The translations under genes and the position numbers were made by a program. A model generated the notes under the pieces. The model searched no databases and was not told the DNA's origin. It saw only the letters and a program-made list of their open reading frames with translations. From contig CAVZQN010000004.1 in assembly GCA_963777505.1 (NCBI GenBank), forward strand, positions 1,344,001 to 1,408,000: a stretch of DNA of 64,000 bases. The letters run 5' to 3'. Below are positions 1 to 9,430 of this stretch, piece after piece (position 1 is the first letter of the stretch; each line of letters opens with the position of its first letter). This DNA comes from an uncultured bacterium. Lineage in GTDB: Bacteria > Acidobacteriota > HRBIN11 > JAKEFK01.

Positions 1-213
1 TGGCGTAATTGGGTTTGGATCAAGCGCCGACCATAAGTTCCGTATATAGAGCTCTTTTTGAACATCGCTCATAGCACGGAATTTTTCCTTCTCTTGTTCG
101 GAAAGCAGATAGTACCCTTCGTTCTTGAGCCATAGATCATATTGACCTTGGGCAATTAAAAGTCCTGGGACAACAAGCAGAAGTAAGACGAGTAATTTGA
201 ATAATAATTTCAT
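1..213 (-). CDS. GWxTD domain-containing protein, N-terminal part (runs off window)
   Basis: Manual translation from ATG at 213: signal peptide MKLLFKLLVLLLLVVPGLLIA then YDLWLKNEGYYLLSEQEKEKF...LYIRNLWSALDPNPITP, matching the W-L-x-E...Y...E...F...W...DPxPxTP start of GWxTD domains; not in ORF track. Confidence 0.7.
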   Translation of the reverse strand, partial: MKLLFKLLVLLLLVVPGLLIAQGQYDLWLKNEGYYLLSEQEKEKFRAMSDVQKELYIRNLWSALDPNPITP

Positions 214-337
214 GTTCTTTATCAATCAGACGCGCATAAGCGCGTGTTGGTTTTGTTCCGGCAGATTATAGACCCGCCCCTAAAATCTAACAATGCTTGT
301 TTGTATTGGCAATGGCCTTTGTGTTAATGTGCACGGC

Positions 338-1426
338 ATGCTTCCGTGGCTTGCTTTAAATATGGTAGAGGGTTTGCGTTCAGCACAACGGGCTGCTTTG
401 CTCAACGCATTTGAAACTCCCGACAATGTTTTTCGGCGGTCGGAAATGGAATTGCGCTCTATCCGCGATATCAAAGCGGAGGTGGCCCATCGTATTACTC
501 ATTTTGATATGAGAGATGCTGAACGGGAACTAAAGGCGGCCGAACGAGCGGGCATCACTGTACTTTGTTTATCTGATGATTCGATGCCTATCCTATTGAA
601 ATCGATTCCCGATCCACCCCTGGTCCTATATATACGAGGGGAGATCAGGCCTGAAGAACTTTGCATTGCTTTGGTAGGTTCAAGAAAAGCAACTACGTAT
701 GGTTTGAATGTTACTCATGCCCTGGCAAGAGATCTTGCGAATGCAGGATTGACAGTTGTGAGCGGACTTGCGCGGGGAGTCGATGCGAGAGCACATTCGA
801 CAGTTCTCGAAGAAGGAGGACGTACAATTGCGATTCTCGGCAGCGGTGTCGATGTCGTCTATCCTTCGGAACATCGTTCACTTGCTGATCGAATTGCCGC
901 TTCAGGAGCACTTATATCAGAGTTCCCTTTAGGTACTCCGCCGAATCGAGAAAATTTTCCCGTACGTAACAGAATTATTAGTGGACTCTCAGTGGCAGTT
1001 GTCGTTGTTGAGGCTTCCCGTAAAAGCGGATCGCTGATCACTGCTCGAATGGCGGCTGAACAAGGAAGGGAAGTCATGGCAGTTCCAGGAAGTATTTTTA
1101 ATGAGTCGAGCCAAGGATGTCATGCATTGATTAAGGATGGAGCGGCATTAATTGAAAGTTGGAGTGATGTTATTGCAGCACTCCCGGAAGAAATCGCAAA
1201 AAGTCTTTCTTTGCCTTCTGGCATAAATGAAACGTCCTCGGAAGACTTGACGGAAACCGAAAAGAGTATTATTGCCTTATTATCATTTGATCAGCCAAAA
1301 CATATTGATCAACTCGCAGGACTCGCGGGGATTCGGCCTCAGGAGCTGCTTGGAACTTTAGTCGATTTAGAACTAAAGAGTCTGGTCAGCCAAATGCCAG
1401 GTAAACATTTTGTCCGGCTGAGATAA
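338..1426 (+). CDS. dprA: DNA-processing protein DprA (Smf)
   Basis: ALVGSR, VVSGLARGVD, NFPVRNRIISGLS, EASRKSGSLITA, C-terminal winged helix; start set at ATG 338 (track start 293). Confidence 0.95.
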   Translation: MLPWLALNMVEGLRSAQRAALLNAFETPDNVFRRSEMELRSIRDIKAEVAHRITHFDMRDAERELKAAERAGITVLCLSDDSMPILLKSIPDPPLVLYIRGEIRPEELCIALVGSRKATTYGLNVTHALARDLANAGLTVVSGLARGVDARAHSTVLEEGGRTIAILGSGVDVVYPSEHRSLADRIAASGALISEFPLGTPPNRENFPVRNRIISGLSVAVVVVEASRKSGSLITARMAAEQGREVMAVPGSIFNESSQGCHALIKDGAALIESWSDVIAALPEEIAKSLSLPSGINETSSEDLTETEKSIIALLSFDQPKHIDQLAGLAGIRPQELLGTLVDLELKSLVSQMPGKHFVRLR

Positions 1427-1487
1427 GGAGAAAATAACGGAACAGGATTGACAGCTTTGCTTAAATACCTGTGGTTGAGGAAAACAA

Positions 1488-3893
1488 ATGGCGAAATCTC
1501 TAGTGGTCGTGGAATCACCAGCGAAAGCAAAGACCATCAATAAATATTTAGGATCGGACTATCTCGTAAAGGCCTGTCTCGGTCATATTAAAGACCTTCC
1601 TAAATCTAAATTAGGGGTCGATGAAGAAAATAATTTCGAACCGCAATACACAATTATTCGAGGAAAGACAGATCTTGTTAAAGAACTGAAGAAAGCGGCA
1701 TCGAAAGCGAAGAACATTTATCTTGCGGCTGATCCGGACCGTGAAGGCGAGGCTATCAGTTTTCATCTCTCCGAAGAACTCGGAAATGGCAAACCTATTC
1801 ATCGCATTATTTTGAATGAAATTACGAAGGATGAAGTTCGGAAAGCATTTGAAAATCCAACACAAATTGATCAAAAGAAAGTTCAAGCTCAGCAAGCTCG
1901 CAGAATATTAGACAGACTTGTCGGCTATAAGATCTCACCTTTACTCTGGCAAAAAGTGAAACGAGGACTCAGTGCGGGTAGAGTGCAATCAATTGCACTT
2001 CGATTGATCTGTGACCGTGAGAAAGAAATTCAAGCTTTTGTGCCGGTAGAATATTGGATTCTTACCGCGTTTTTGGAAGGTTCAGAGCCCCCGATATTTC
2101 CAGCAAAATTAACTCGGCACAACGGAAAGAAAATTGAAGTTTCAAATCAGGAAGCTTCCGATCGAATTTTGTCCGATTTGGATCGTGCACTATTTACCGT
2201 TAAAGATATCGAAAAGAAAGAGCGAAAGCGCAATCCCGCTGCGCCGTTCATCACAAGCAAACTTCAACAGGAAGCTTCACGCAAATTCCGATGGCCCGTT
2301 AGAAAAGTAATGATGGTTGCACAAGGTCTTTATGAAGGAATGGAAGTAGGTGAAGAAGGTGCAGTTGGTTTGATCACATACATGCGTACGGATTCGGTTC
2401 GCATTTCGCAAAGCGCATTACAAGAAGCGCGAAAATTTGTTGCGGATGAGTATGGCGCCGACTTTCTTCCGGATCAACCAAACTTTTACAAAAACAAAAA
2501 ATCGGTTCAGGATGCACATGAAGCGATCCGTCCAACTTCAGTAGCTCGCACACCTGAATCGGTCCAACAATATTTAGGCCGCGATGAGTTTAAGCTCTAT
2601 ACATTGATATGGAATCGATTTGTCGCTTCTCAAATGAAGCCTGCACTGTTTGATGAAACCATCATTACAGTTGAAGCAGCAAAATATGAATTTGAAGCAA
2701 GCGGACAAGTCATGACTTTTCCTGGATTTATCCGGGTTTATCAGGAAGAAACTTCCGATCAACCTGCATCAACAGAAGAAGGCCCTACATCTCTGCCTGT
2801 CGTTGAGAAAGGGCAAGAACTTCGGCTTGATCGCCTGGAACCAAAACAGAATTTCACGCAGCCACCTCCCCGTTTTACGGAAGCAGCGCTCGTGAAGGAG
2901 CTTGAAGAGAAAGAAATTGGACGTCCTTCAACGTACGCCACGATCCTATCTGTAATTCAGAATCGCAGCTACGTCATTAAGGAAGACAATCGTTTTAAAC
3001 CAACTGATCTTGGATTTTTGGTAACAGATATTTTGGTTCGACATTTCGATGAAATCATGGATTTCAAATACACAGCTCATCTTGAAGATGAGTTGGACGA
3101 AATTGAAGAAGGCAGCAAACAGACTGTTGAAGTATTAAAAGAGTTTTATGGCGATTTCTCACGCGACTTGAAGCGCGCTTATGACGAAATCGGAGAAATC
3201 AAAATAACCGGTGTTCCGGTAGACACGAAATGTCCGCAATGCCAAAGCGCAATGGTGAAACGTTGGGGAAAATTCGGTGCATTTTTAGCCTGCACAAATG
3301 AAGAATGCAAATACACCCAGAATCCTGATGAAAAGCCAGATGAGGCTATGGGTGGTGTTGGAACTGAAACGGAACATACGTGTTTGAAATGTGGGAAATC
3401 ACTTGTAGTAAAAGTGGGTCGATATGGAAAATTCCTTGCCTGCTCCGGCTATCCTGAGTGCAAATTTACTGCAACATTAAACAAGAAGCAGGATGAAGCT
3501 GGATCCGTAGAAGTACCCAACGAAAAATGTCCGCAAGATGGAAGCGAGCTTGTTATAAAGCACGGAAAATATGGACCATTCATAGCTTGTAGTAATTATC
3601 CGGAATGCAAATATATCAAGCCTAAGACTATAGATGTGAAGTGTCCTGAAGATGGCGGCGATCTCGTTGAAAAGCGTACGAAGGGTAGAAAGATATTTTA
3701 TGGTTGTGCTAATTATCCTGAATGTACATTTGCGCTTTGGAATAAGCCAGTTGTCCGCAATTGTCCGGCATGTAATGCGACGTTTATGTTGGAAAAATTC
3801 AGGAAGAATGGCCCCTCTTATCTAGAGTGCAACAATAAAGAATGCAAGTTTCAGATCGAATTGGAACAACAACCAGCCGAAACTGCTCAGTAA
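1488..3893 (+). CDS. topA: DNA topoisomerase I
   Basis: LVVVESPAKAKTI, DPDREGE, SAGRVQS, ITYMRTDS active-site Tyr, five C-terminal zinc ribbons. Confidence 0.97.
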   Translation: MAKSLVVVESPAKAKTINKYLGSDYLVKACLGHIKDLPKSKLGVDEENNFEPQYTIIRGKTDLVKELKKAASKAKNIYLAADPDREGEAISFHLSEELGNGKPIHRIILNEITKDEVRKAFENPTQIDQKKVQAQQARRILDRLVGYKISPLLWQKVKRGLSAGRVQSIALRLICDREKEIQAFVPVEYWILTAFLEGSEPPIFPAKLTRHNGKKIEVSNQEASDRILSDLDRALFTVKDIEKKERKRNPAAPFITSKLQQEASRKFRWPVRKVMMVAQGLYEGMEVGEEGAVGLITYMRTDSVRISQSALQEARKFVADEYGADFLPDQPNFYKNKKSVQDAHEAIRPTSVARTPESVQQYLGRDEFKLYTLIWNRFVASQMKPALFDETIITVEAAKYEFEASGQVMTFPGFIRVYQEETSDQPASTEEGPTSLPVVEKGQELRLDRLEPKQNFTQPPPRFTEAALVKELEEKEIGRPSTYATILSVIQNRSYVIKEDNRFKPTDLGFLVTDILVRHFDEIMDFKYTAHLEDELDEIEEGSKQTVEVLKEFYGDFSRDLKRAYDEIGEIKITGVPVDTKCPQCQSAMVKRWGKFGAFLACTNEECKYTQNPDEKPDEAMGGVGTETEHTCLKCGKSLVVKVGRYGKFLACSGYPECKFTATLNKKQDEAGSVEVPNEKCPQDGSELVIKHGKYGPFIACSNYPECKYIKPKTIDVKCPEDGGDLVEKRTKGRKIFYGCANYPECTFALWNKPVVRNCPACNATFMLEKFRKNGPSYLECNNKECKFQIELEQQPAETAQ

Positions 3894-3910
3894 AATCTCT
3901 TTGAGTCTCT

Positions 3911-5248
3911 GTGGTTAACAAAAAGATTCGTGTCATTGGTGGCGGTCTTGCCGGAACAGAAGCGGCGTGGCAGATAGCACGTCATGGTCTGGACGTCGAA
4001 CTTTACGAAATGCGTCCGGTACGCAAAACTCCTGCGCATGTAACAGACAATCTTGCAGAGCTGGTTTGCAGCAATTCATTGAAATCAAATGATACTTTTC
4101 ATGCACCGGGCTTATTAAAAGAAGAGATGCGGATCCTCGATTCGCTTGTCATCAATGCTGCAGATCGTAGCGCAGTGCCCGCAGGGATGTCCCTTTCAGT
4201 AGATCGTGTGGTTTTTGCGCAGAACATTCAATCGAAATTACAGGAACACCCACGGGTGCGGATTGTGCGCGAAGAAATAACATCGATTCCGGAAGATGGA
4301 ATTAACATTGTTGCTACCGGACCTCTTACATCCGAATCGTTAGCTGAGTCGATCAGGCAATTTACGCAGTCTCCGTATCTGTATTATTACGATGCGATTT
4401 CGCCGATAGTGGATTCGGATTCAATCGATCGTTCCATCGTATTTGCTGCATCACGTTATGGAAAAGGGACCGAGGATTATTTGAATTGTCCTCTGACTAA
4501 AGATCAATATGACAGCTTTTACGATGCCGTGATTACAGCAGAAGTTCATCCGATGAAAGAATTTGAAAAGGCTATATTTTTTGAAGGATGTCTGCCCATT
4601 GAAGAGCTGGCCCGAAGAGGAAAAAAAACACTCTGTTTTGGGCCGATGAAACCTGTTGGTTTGACGGATCCTGTGACGCAGCGAAGACCTTTTGCCGTAG
4701 TTCAGCTTCGTCAGGATAACCTTGCAGCATCACACTATAATATGGTGGGATTTCAAACGAGCATGCGGTTTTCTGAACAAGATCGCGTGTTTCGCATGAT
4801 CCCAGGTCTCGAAAAGGCGGAGTTCATTCGCTATGGGTGGATCCACCGGAATACATACCTGAACGCTCCTGCGCTCCTGTTGTCCAGTTATCAAACGAAG
4901 ATAAACCCAGCACTGTTTTTCGCAGGACAACTTTCCGGCGTCGAAGGGTATGTCGATTCTGCTGCATCCGGATTGCTTGCAGGAATCAATGCAGCTCGGG
5001 TTGCGCTTGGACTTCCTGTGAAAGTTCCACCGCCACATACCGCTATGGGCGCATTGGCAAACTATATTGCAAATGCTGATCCGAATCACTTTCAACCCAT
5101 GAATATTACTTTCGGACTTCTTGATGCTCCGGATCTTCAAATCATCAGAGACAAAAAGCAAAAAAAAGAGATGCTTGCAACGCGGGCATTGAATTCTATT
5201 CGGCAATTTGCTGAAGAGATTTCCATTAGCCAACCATCAGTTGTCTGA
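3911..5248 (+). CDS. trmFO: FAD/folate-dependent tRNA (uracil-5)-methyltransferase TrmFO (Gid)
   Basis: GGGLAGTEAA, ELVCSNS, FFEGCLPIEE, GPMKPVGL, GVEGY; canonical position after topA. Confidence 0.95.
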   Translation: MVNKKIRVIGGGLAGTEAAWQIARHGLDVELYEMRPVRKTPAHVTDNLAELVCSNSLKSNDTFHAPGLLKEEMRILDSLVINAADRSAVPAGMSLSVDRVVFAQNIQSKLQEHPRVRIVREEITSIPEDGINIVATGPLTSESLAESIRQFTQSPYLYYYDAISPIVDSDSIDRSIVFAASRYGKGTEDYLNCPLTKDQYDSFYDAVITAEVHPMKEFEKAIFFEGCLPIEELARRGKKTLCFGPMKPVGLTDPVTQRRPFAVVQLRQDNLAASHYNMVGFQTSMRFSEQDRVFRMIPGLEKAEFIRYGWIHRNTYLNAPALLLSSYQTKINPALFFAGQLSGVEGYVDSAASGLLAGINAARVALGLPVKVPPPHTAMGALANYIANADPNHFQPMNITFGLLDAPDLQIIRDKKQKKEMLATRALNSIRQFAEEISISQPSVV

Positions 5249-5283
5249 GTTAGTTTAACGACACTTGTAGTATTATAAATGTC

Positions 5284-6192
5284 GTGAAAAAATACGTTAA
5301 CGAATTCGAATCGCATCTTAGATTCGAAAAACGCTACTCAAACCACACTGTAATTTCCTATCTCAAGGATCTTGAACAGTTCTGCCTTTTTCTTGGGGAA
5401 TATCTTGGGAAGGAGATCGATGAAGATCCATCTGTGCTTCAGAATATAGATCTGCTTGCGGTTCGCGGGTTTATCAATCATTTGTACAGAAAGGGCTTTA
5501 GCAAGTCCAGCATTGGACGGAAACTGGCTTGTCTGCGTTCATTTTTCCGATTCTTGTGCCGCCAAAATTATATGTCGCAGAATTTTGCAAAAGCGATCAA
5601 GAGTCCAAGACTTCCCAAAAAACTGCCTGGCATTCTGCAGATTGATGAAATGAATGGCTTTTTGAATTTTCCTTTTGATGATTCTGTTATCGGCGATCGC
5701 GATCGTGCAATTTTCGAATTATTGTATGCAACAGGAATGCGTGTCAGCGAAATTTCTTCTTTAAAGATGAAAGAAGTAAAAGGCGCTTCGGGCATGCTGA
5801 GAATTACAGGCAAAGGTTCAAAAGAGCGAACAGTCTTTTTCGGTTCTAATGCAACATCCGCCATCAATGACTATTTGGAAAGGCGACATGAGTTGGCACA
5901 AGAGAAAGATACGGAATGGTTGTTTCTAAATACTCATGGAAACCGATTGTCTGAAACAAGAATCAGACAAATTCTGAATCAGTATTTATTGAAATTGGCA
6001 ATGCAGAAGAAAGTCTCACCACACGCCTTCCGGCATAGCTTTGCTACGCATCTCTTGAGTGCCGGAGCCGATTTGCGATGGATTCAGGAACTTCTGGGAC
6101 ATAGCAGCCTCTCCACAACACAAAAATACACACACCTCAACGTCCAACAGCTGCTGGCGACTTACAACCGTGCCCACCCAAGAAAGACTTAA
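5284..6192 (+). CDS. xerC: Tyrosine recombinase XerC
   Basis: LYATGMRVSE, GKGSKER, HAFRHSFATHLL, LGH...TTQKYTH; topA-trmFO-xerC synteny. Confidence 0.88.
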   Translation: MKKYVNEFESHLRFEKRYSNHTVISYLKDLEQFCLFLGEYLGKEIDEDPSVLQNIDLLAVRGFINHLYRKGFSKSSIGRKLACLRSFFRFLCRQNYMSQNFAKAIKSPRLPKKLPGILQIDEMNGFLNFPFDDSVIGDRDRAIFELLYATGMRVSEISSLKMKEVKGASGMLRITGKGSKERTVFFGSNATSAINDYLERRHELAQEKDTEWLFLNTHGNRLSETRIRQILNQYLLKLAMQKKVSPHAFRHSFATHLLSAGADLRWIQELLGHSSLSTTQKYTHLNVQQLLATYNRAHPRKT

Positions 6193-6226
6193 CCGCAAAG
6201 ACGCAAAGCTTTGTGTCTCTGCGGTT
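6191..6226. repeat. AACCGCAAAGACGCAAAG-type intergenic palindrome (repeat family C)
   Basis: aaccgcaaagacgcaaag/ctttgtgtctctgcggtt inverted repeat; relatives at 20906, 25977, 32237. Confidence 0.7.
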
Positions 6227-6235
6227 GTAGTGCTA

Positions 6236-6264
6236 TTGACATAGTGCTACGTGGGTTGTATGAT
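6236..6264 (+). promoter_or_regulatory. sigma70-type promoter for amidase gene
   Basis: TTGACA(6236)-17 nt-TATGAT(6259). Confidence 0.7.
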
Positions 6265-6324
6265 CGAAACCATTGAATACATTGAGGTAAGCTCCGTCTA
6301 GACCTAAAAAAGGCTGCGGAGTGT

Positions 6325-8022
6325 GTGCTGGAGATGATGGGTACGATTCTCCTGAGGGTGTTCTTTCTATTTACATTCACGCTGTTGCTCTGCCCGGAGC
6401 TTGTCTCTGCTGCTCCCAATTCCAAACAACTCTACGATCAGGCTGTAAAGCTTGAAGAGGCTTTGAAGAAATCCGGCGAAAAGCAGAAACAAATTTCAGA
6501 GTGGAAAAAAGTCGTAGAAGCTTATCGCAAGGTTTACTACACACATCCTACATCTGGTTACTGTGACAATTCGCTGTTTCATGTCGGCGGTTTATATTCC
6601 GAGATGGGACGGCGTTTTAATGACGATCTTTATTTGCATCGGGCTTGCAGCACATTTGAGTTCCTTATCGATCAGTACGGTTCGAGTTCACTTGTTGAAG
6701 AGGCAATGCTTGAATACATCCGGATCATGCGGGATGAGTTGAATAAAGATCAGGAACTAAAGGCGATGGAATCCCGCTTTCGAGTGAGAGCGCCAAAGAT
6801 GGCAGCTACCGTATTAAAGGAATCGAATGCAACAGCGACTCAGCCTGCATCTTTAAAAACACTTCGACATTATACAAGCACGGATTACACACGCATTGTG
6901 CTTGATTTCGATAAAGAAGTTTCTTTCAAACGGAACCGCCTGATGAATCCGGATCGGTTGTATCTGGATTTCGATAACACAGTCGCATACAAGGATCTTG
7001 TTGATCAGGAGTTTTCCGTAGACGATGGCTTTTTGAAGAAAGTACGAGTCGGTCAAAATACGTATCGCAAAGCGCGCGTCGTTTTGGACTTAAAGAGCAT
7101 TGAAAATTTTGAAATCTTTGCTCTCTATCATCCGTACCGGGTTGTGATCGACATTCAAGGAAAGAAAGTAGCCGAAGTAATCGAACAGCCGATTCAACCT
7201 CAAATCATCCCTGAGAAAACGGTAGATCCCGAACAACCATCCACACCCGCCATTTCCCCTGAAATGGCCAAAGCAAACACAAGTGGACAGTACTCCCTGG
7301 CGCGACAACTTGGCCTGAAGGTTCGAAGAATTGTGGTTGATGCTGGACACGGCGGACATGATCCAGGAGCAATGCGAAGTGGAATGAAAGAAAAGGATAT
7401 TACGCTGGATGTTTCCAGAAGATTGAAAAGTATCCTCGAAGACCAATATGGTTACGAAGTCTTAATGACAAGGGACGAAGACGACTATGTTGCGCTGGAA
7501 GAGCGGACAGCGTTTGCGAACAGCAAATCCGCCGATCTCTTTGTTTCTGTGCATGTCAATTCAAGTAGAAATAAAAAAGCAAAAGGCATTGAAACATATT
7601 ACTTAAATTTTGCGACGACACCTGAAGCAATGGAAGTTGCCGCACGTGAAAATGCAATCTCTGAAAAAAATATGGGCGAGCTTCAAAAATTAACTACAGC
7701 AATTGCATTAAATACAAAAATTGAAGAATCACGTGATTTTGCAAAATTAATACAAACCAGTCTGGTCGGGCATCTTCAAAAGGGGTACGCACCCAGTAAT
7801 TTAGGAGTTAAACAAGCTCCATTTTATGTCTTGATCGGCGCGCAAATGCCTTCCATCCTTGCCGAAATTTCATTCATCAGTAATGAACGCGAATACAATC
7901 TTCTCGAAACTTCGAGCTATAGAGATTCACTTGCGCAAGGACTCGCACGCGGCATTCGTAACTATGTAGATACACTCGCAGAAAGCCGCCTCACTAAAAA
8001 CCTGCCTGCAGATGGGAATTGA
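6325..8022 (+). CDS. N-acetylmuramoyl-L-alanine amidase (TPR-like + AMIN + Amidase_3)
   Basis: Signal peptide; AMIN-like TRIVLDF...NPDRLYLDF; VVDAGHGGHDPGA, LEERTAFAN, FVSVHVNS, ILAEISF. Confidence 0.92.
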   Translation: MLEMMGTILLRVFFLFTFTLLLCPELVSAAPNSKQLYDQAVKLEEALKKSGEKQKQISEWKKVVEAYRKVYYTHPTSGYCDNSLFHVGGLYSEMGRRFNDDLYLHRACSTFEFLIDQYGSSSLVEEAMLEYIRIMRDELNKDQELKAMESRFRVRAPKMAATVLKESNATATQPASLKTLRHYTSTDYTRIVLDFDKEVSFKRNRLMNPDRLYLDFDNTVAYKDLVDQEFSVDDGFLKKVRVGQNTYRKARVVLDLKSIENFEIFALYHPYRVVIDIQGKKVAEVIEQPIQPQIIPEKTVDPEQPSTPAISPEMAKANTSGQYSLARQLGLKVRRIVVDAGHGGHDPGAMRSGMKEKDITLDVSRRLKSILEDQYGYEVLMTRDEDDYVALEERTAFANSKSADLFVSVHVNSSRNKKAKGIETYYLNFATTPEAMEVAARENAISEKNMGELQKLTTAIALNTKIEESRDFAKLIQTSLVGHLQKGYAPSNLGVKQAPFYVLIGAQMPSILAEISFISNEREYNLLETSSYRDSLAQGLARGIRNYVDTLAESRLTKNLPADGN

Positions 8023-8122
8023 AACCTGCATTCTGCATCTTGAATCAGCCTCCTGAATCCTGAATCTTGTAGTAACTTTCCAATGGAGTAGTACGCTCAT
8101 AGTACTACCATGTGTATTGTTC

Positions 8123-8151
8123 TTGACATCTCACTATGCTTGTAGTAATAT
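8123..8151 (+). promoter_or_regulatory. sigma70-type promoter P1 upstream of candidate ncRNA/pilM
   Basis: TTGACA(8123)-17 nt-TAATAT(8146). Confidence 0.6.
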
Positions 8152-8156
8152 CCCCG

Positions 8157-8309
8157 CTGATCCAGGAGGTTCCAGATTGCCTTTTTCTGCCTCAGGGGCG
8201 TATTTGTGGGGATGCTGAGATCCGCAATGGGAGCGGGTTTCCTGCATAGTACGATGGGCAAGAACCGCATGGGATCTGGATTTCGACCGAGTTTGTGACG
8301 ACCTTTCCT
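8157..8309 (+). ncRNA. Candidate structured non-coding RNA or leader (long irregular hairpin)
   Basis: Nested helices paired by hand across 8171-8280; lies between two promoters; no convincing ORF; no Rfam family recognised. Confidence 0.4.
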
Positions 8310-8337
8310 TGACAAGCAAGGGAGTTTTTGTTAACGT
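8309..8337 (+). promoter_or_regulatory. sigma70-type promoter P2 for pilMNOPQ
   Basis: TTGACA(8309)-17 nt-TAACGT(8332) with TGn extension; AAGGAG RBS before pilM GTG. Confidence 0.55.
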
Positions 8338-8368
8338 ACCGGAGAAATCCTGAAATAAGGAGAGACAA

Positions 8369-9430
8369 GTGGGGCTGTTCGGCAAACCCAAGGACCTGGT
8401 GGGACTCGACATCGGTTCACACTCCATAAAGCTCGTTGAATTTAAACAACGAGGCAAAGCCTTTGAACTAGTCAGCTTTGGCATTCAACCACTTCCACCC
8501 GATTCAATCGTTGAAGGCGCAATCATGGATTCATCTGCAGTAGCAGATGCAATCGACAGCCTTTTCGTAAATAACAACGTTAAAAGAACAGATGTTGCGA
8601 CATCTGTTTCCGGTGGTTCGGTTATTGTCAAAAAGATTTCACTTCCTTCAATGAGTGAAGGTGAACTGGCGGAATCGATCCGTTGGGAAGCCGAACAATA
8701 TATTCCCTTTCCGATTGATGAAGTGAATCTGGATCATAAAATCCTCCGTTCGAATGCCGGCCAGGGTGGCATGATGGATATCGTTCTGGTGGCAGTTAAA
8801 AAAGACATGATCGGATTTTATGCCAATGTTATTACTCAAGCAGGAAAGCGTCCTCTCGTTGTCGATGTAGATTCGTTTGCACTACAAAATGCGTTTGAGC
8901 TGAATTACAAATCGGATGTTCGTTCCGATGAAGTCATCGCATTGATCAATGTTGGTGCAAGCCTCATTAATATGAACATCATTCAGGGAGACATTTCCCT
9001 TTTCACTCGTGATATCGGCACAGGCGGAAATCTGTACACTGAAACAATTCAGCGTGAACTCAACCTGAGCCGCGAGAATGCAGAAAATATTAAGAAGGGA
9101 ATTGCTACTGATGGAATCGAACCTTCCTCCGCCGCATCCATCATTCAAGGAGTAACAGAAGACATCGCAGTGGATGTGCAGCGTACTCTTGATTTCTTTA
9201 AGGCAACCTCAACAGAAGAGCGGATCGACCGCATTTATATTGCCGGTGGATCTGCAAAGATACCAGGACTGCAGCAATATTTCCGTGAGAAATTTAACGC
9301 ACAAACAGAACTTCTAAATCCGTTTAAAAACGTGAAGTTGACCAATATTGATGCTGATTATCTACACGAAGTTGCGCCTGTTGCTACAGTTGCTGTGGGA
9401 TTGGCTTTAAGAAAGGCAGGAGATTCATGA
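8369..9430 (+). CDS. pilM: Type IV pilus assembly protein PilM
   Basis: VGLDIGSHSIK actin-like fold, WEAEQYIPFPIDEV, IAGGSAKIPGL, VAVGLALR. Confidence 0.95.
   Translation: MGLFGKPKDLVGLDIGSHSIKLVEFKQRGKAFELVSFGIQPLPPDSIVEGAIMDSSAVADAIDSLFVNNNVKRTDVATSVSGGSVIVKKISLPSMSEGELAESIRWEAEQYIPFPIDEVNLDHKILRSNAGQGGMMDIVLVAVKKDMIGFYANVITQAGKRPLVVDVDSFALQNAFELNYKSDVRSDEVIALINVGASLINMNIIQGDISLFTRDIGTGGNLYTETIQRELNLSRENAENIKKGIATDGIEPSSAASIIQGVTEDIAVDVQRTLDFFKATSTEERIDRIYIAGGSAKIPGLQQYFREKFNAQTELLNPFKNVKLTNIDADYLHEVAPVATVAVGLALRKAGDS

Noticed and set aside
5284-6192. Phage/ICE integrase marking a mobile element
   Set aside because: Size, motifs and topA-trmFO context fit housekeeping XerC; no att repeats or mobile genes nearby
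6191-6260. c-di-GMP-I riboswitch suggested by GACGCAAAG
   Set aside because: No GNRA tetraloop/receptor two-stem layout; lies upstream of the promoter; explained by repeat family C
8100-8150. NrdR boxes
   Set aside because: ACTA-N6-TAGT spacing differs from the NrdR consensus and no ribonucleotide reductase gene follows
8157-8309. Firm call as 6S or SRP RNA
   Set aside because: SRP core motif absent; shorter than typical 6S and lacks a clear large central bubble, so left as unassigned candidate
8097-8484. Minus-strand ORFs of 72 and 116 aa before/overlapping pilM
   Set aside because: No recognisable domain, one is antisense to pilM; + strand promoters and RNA structure explain the region better
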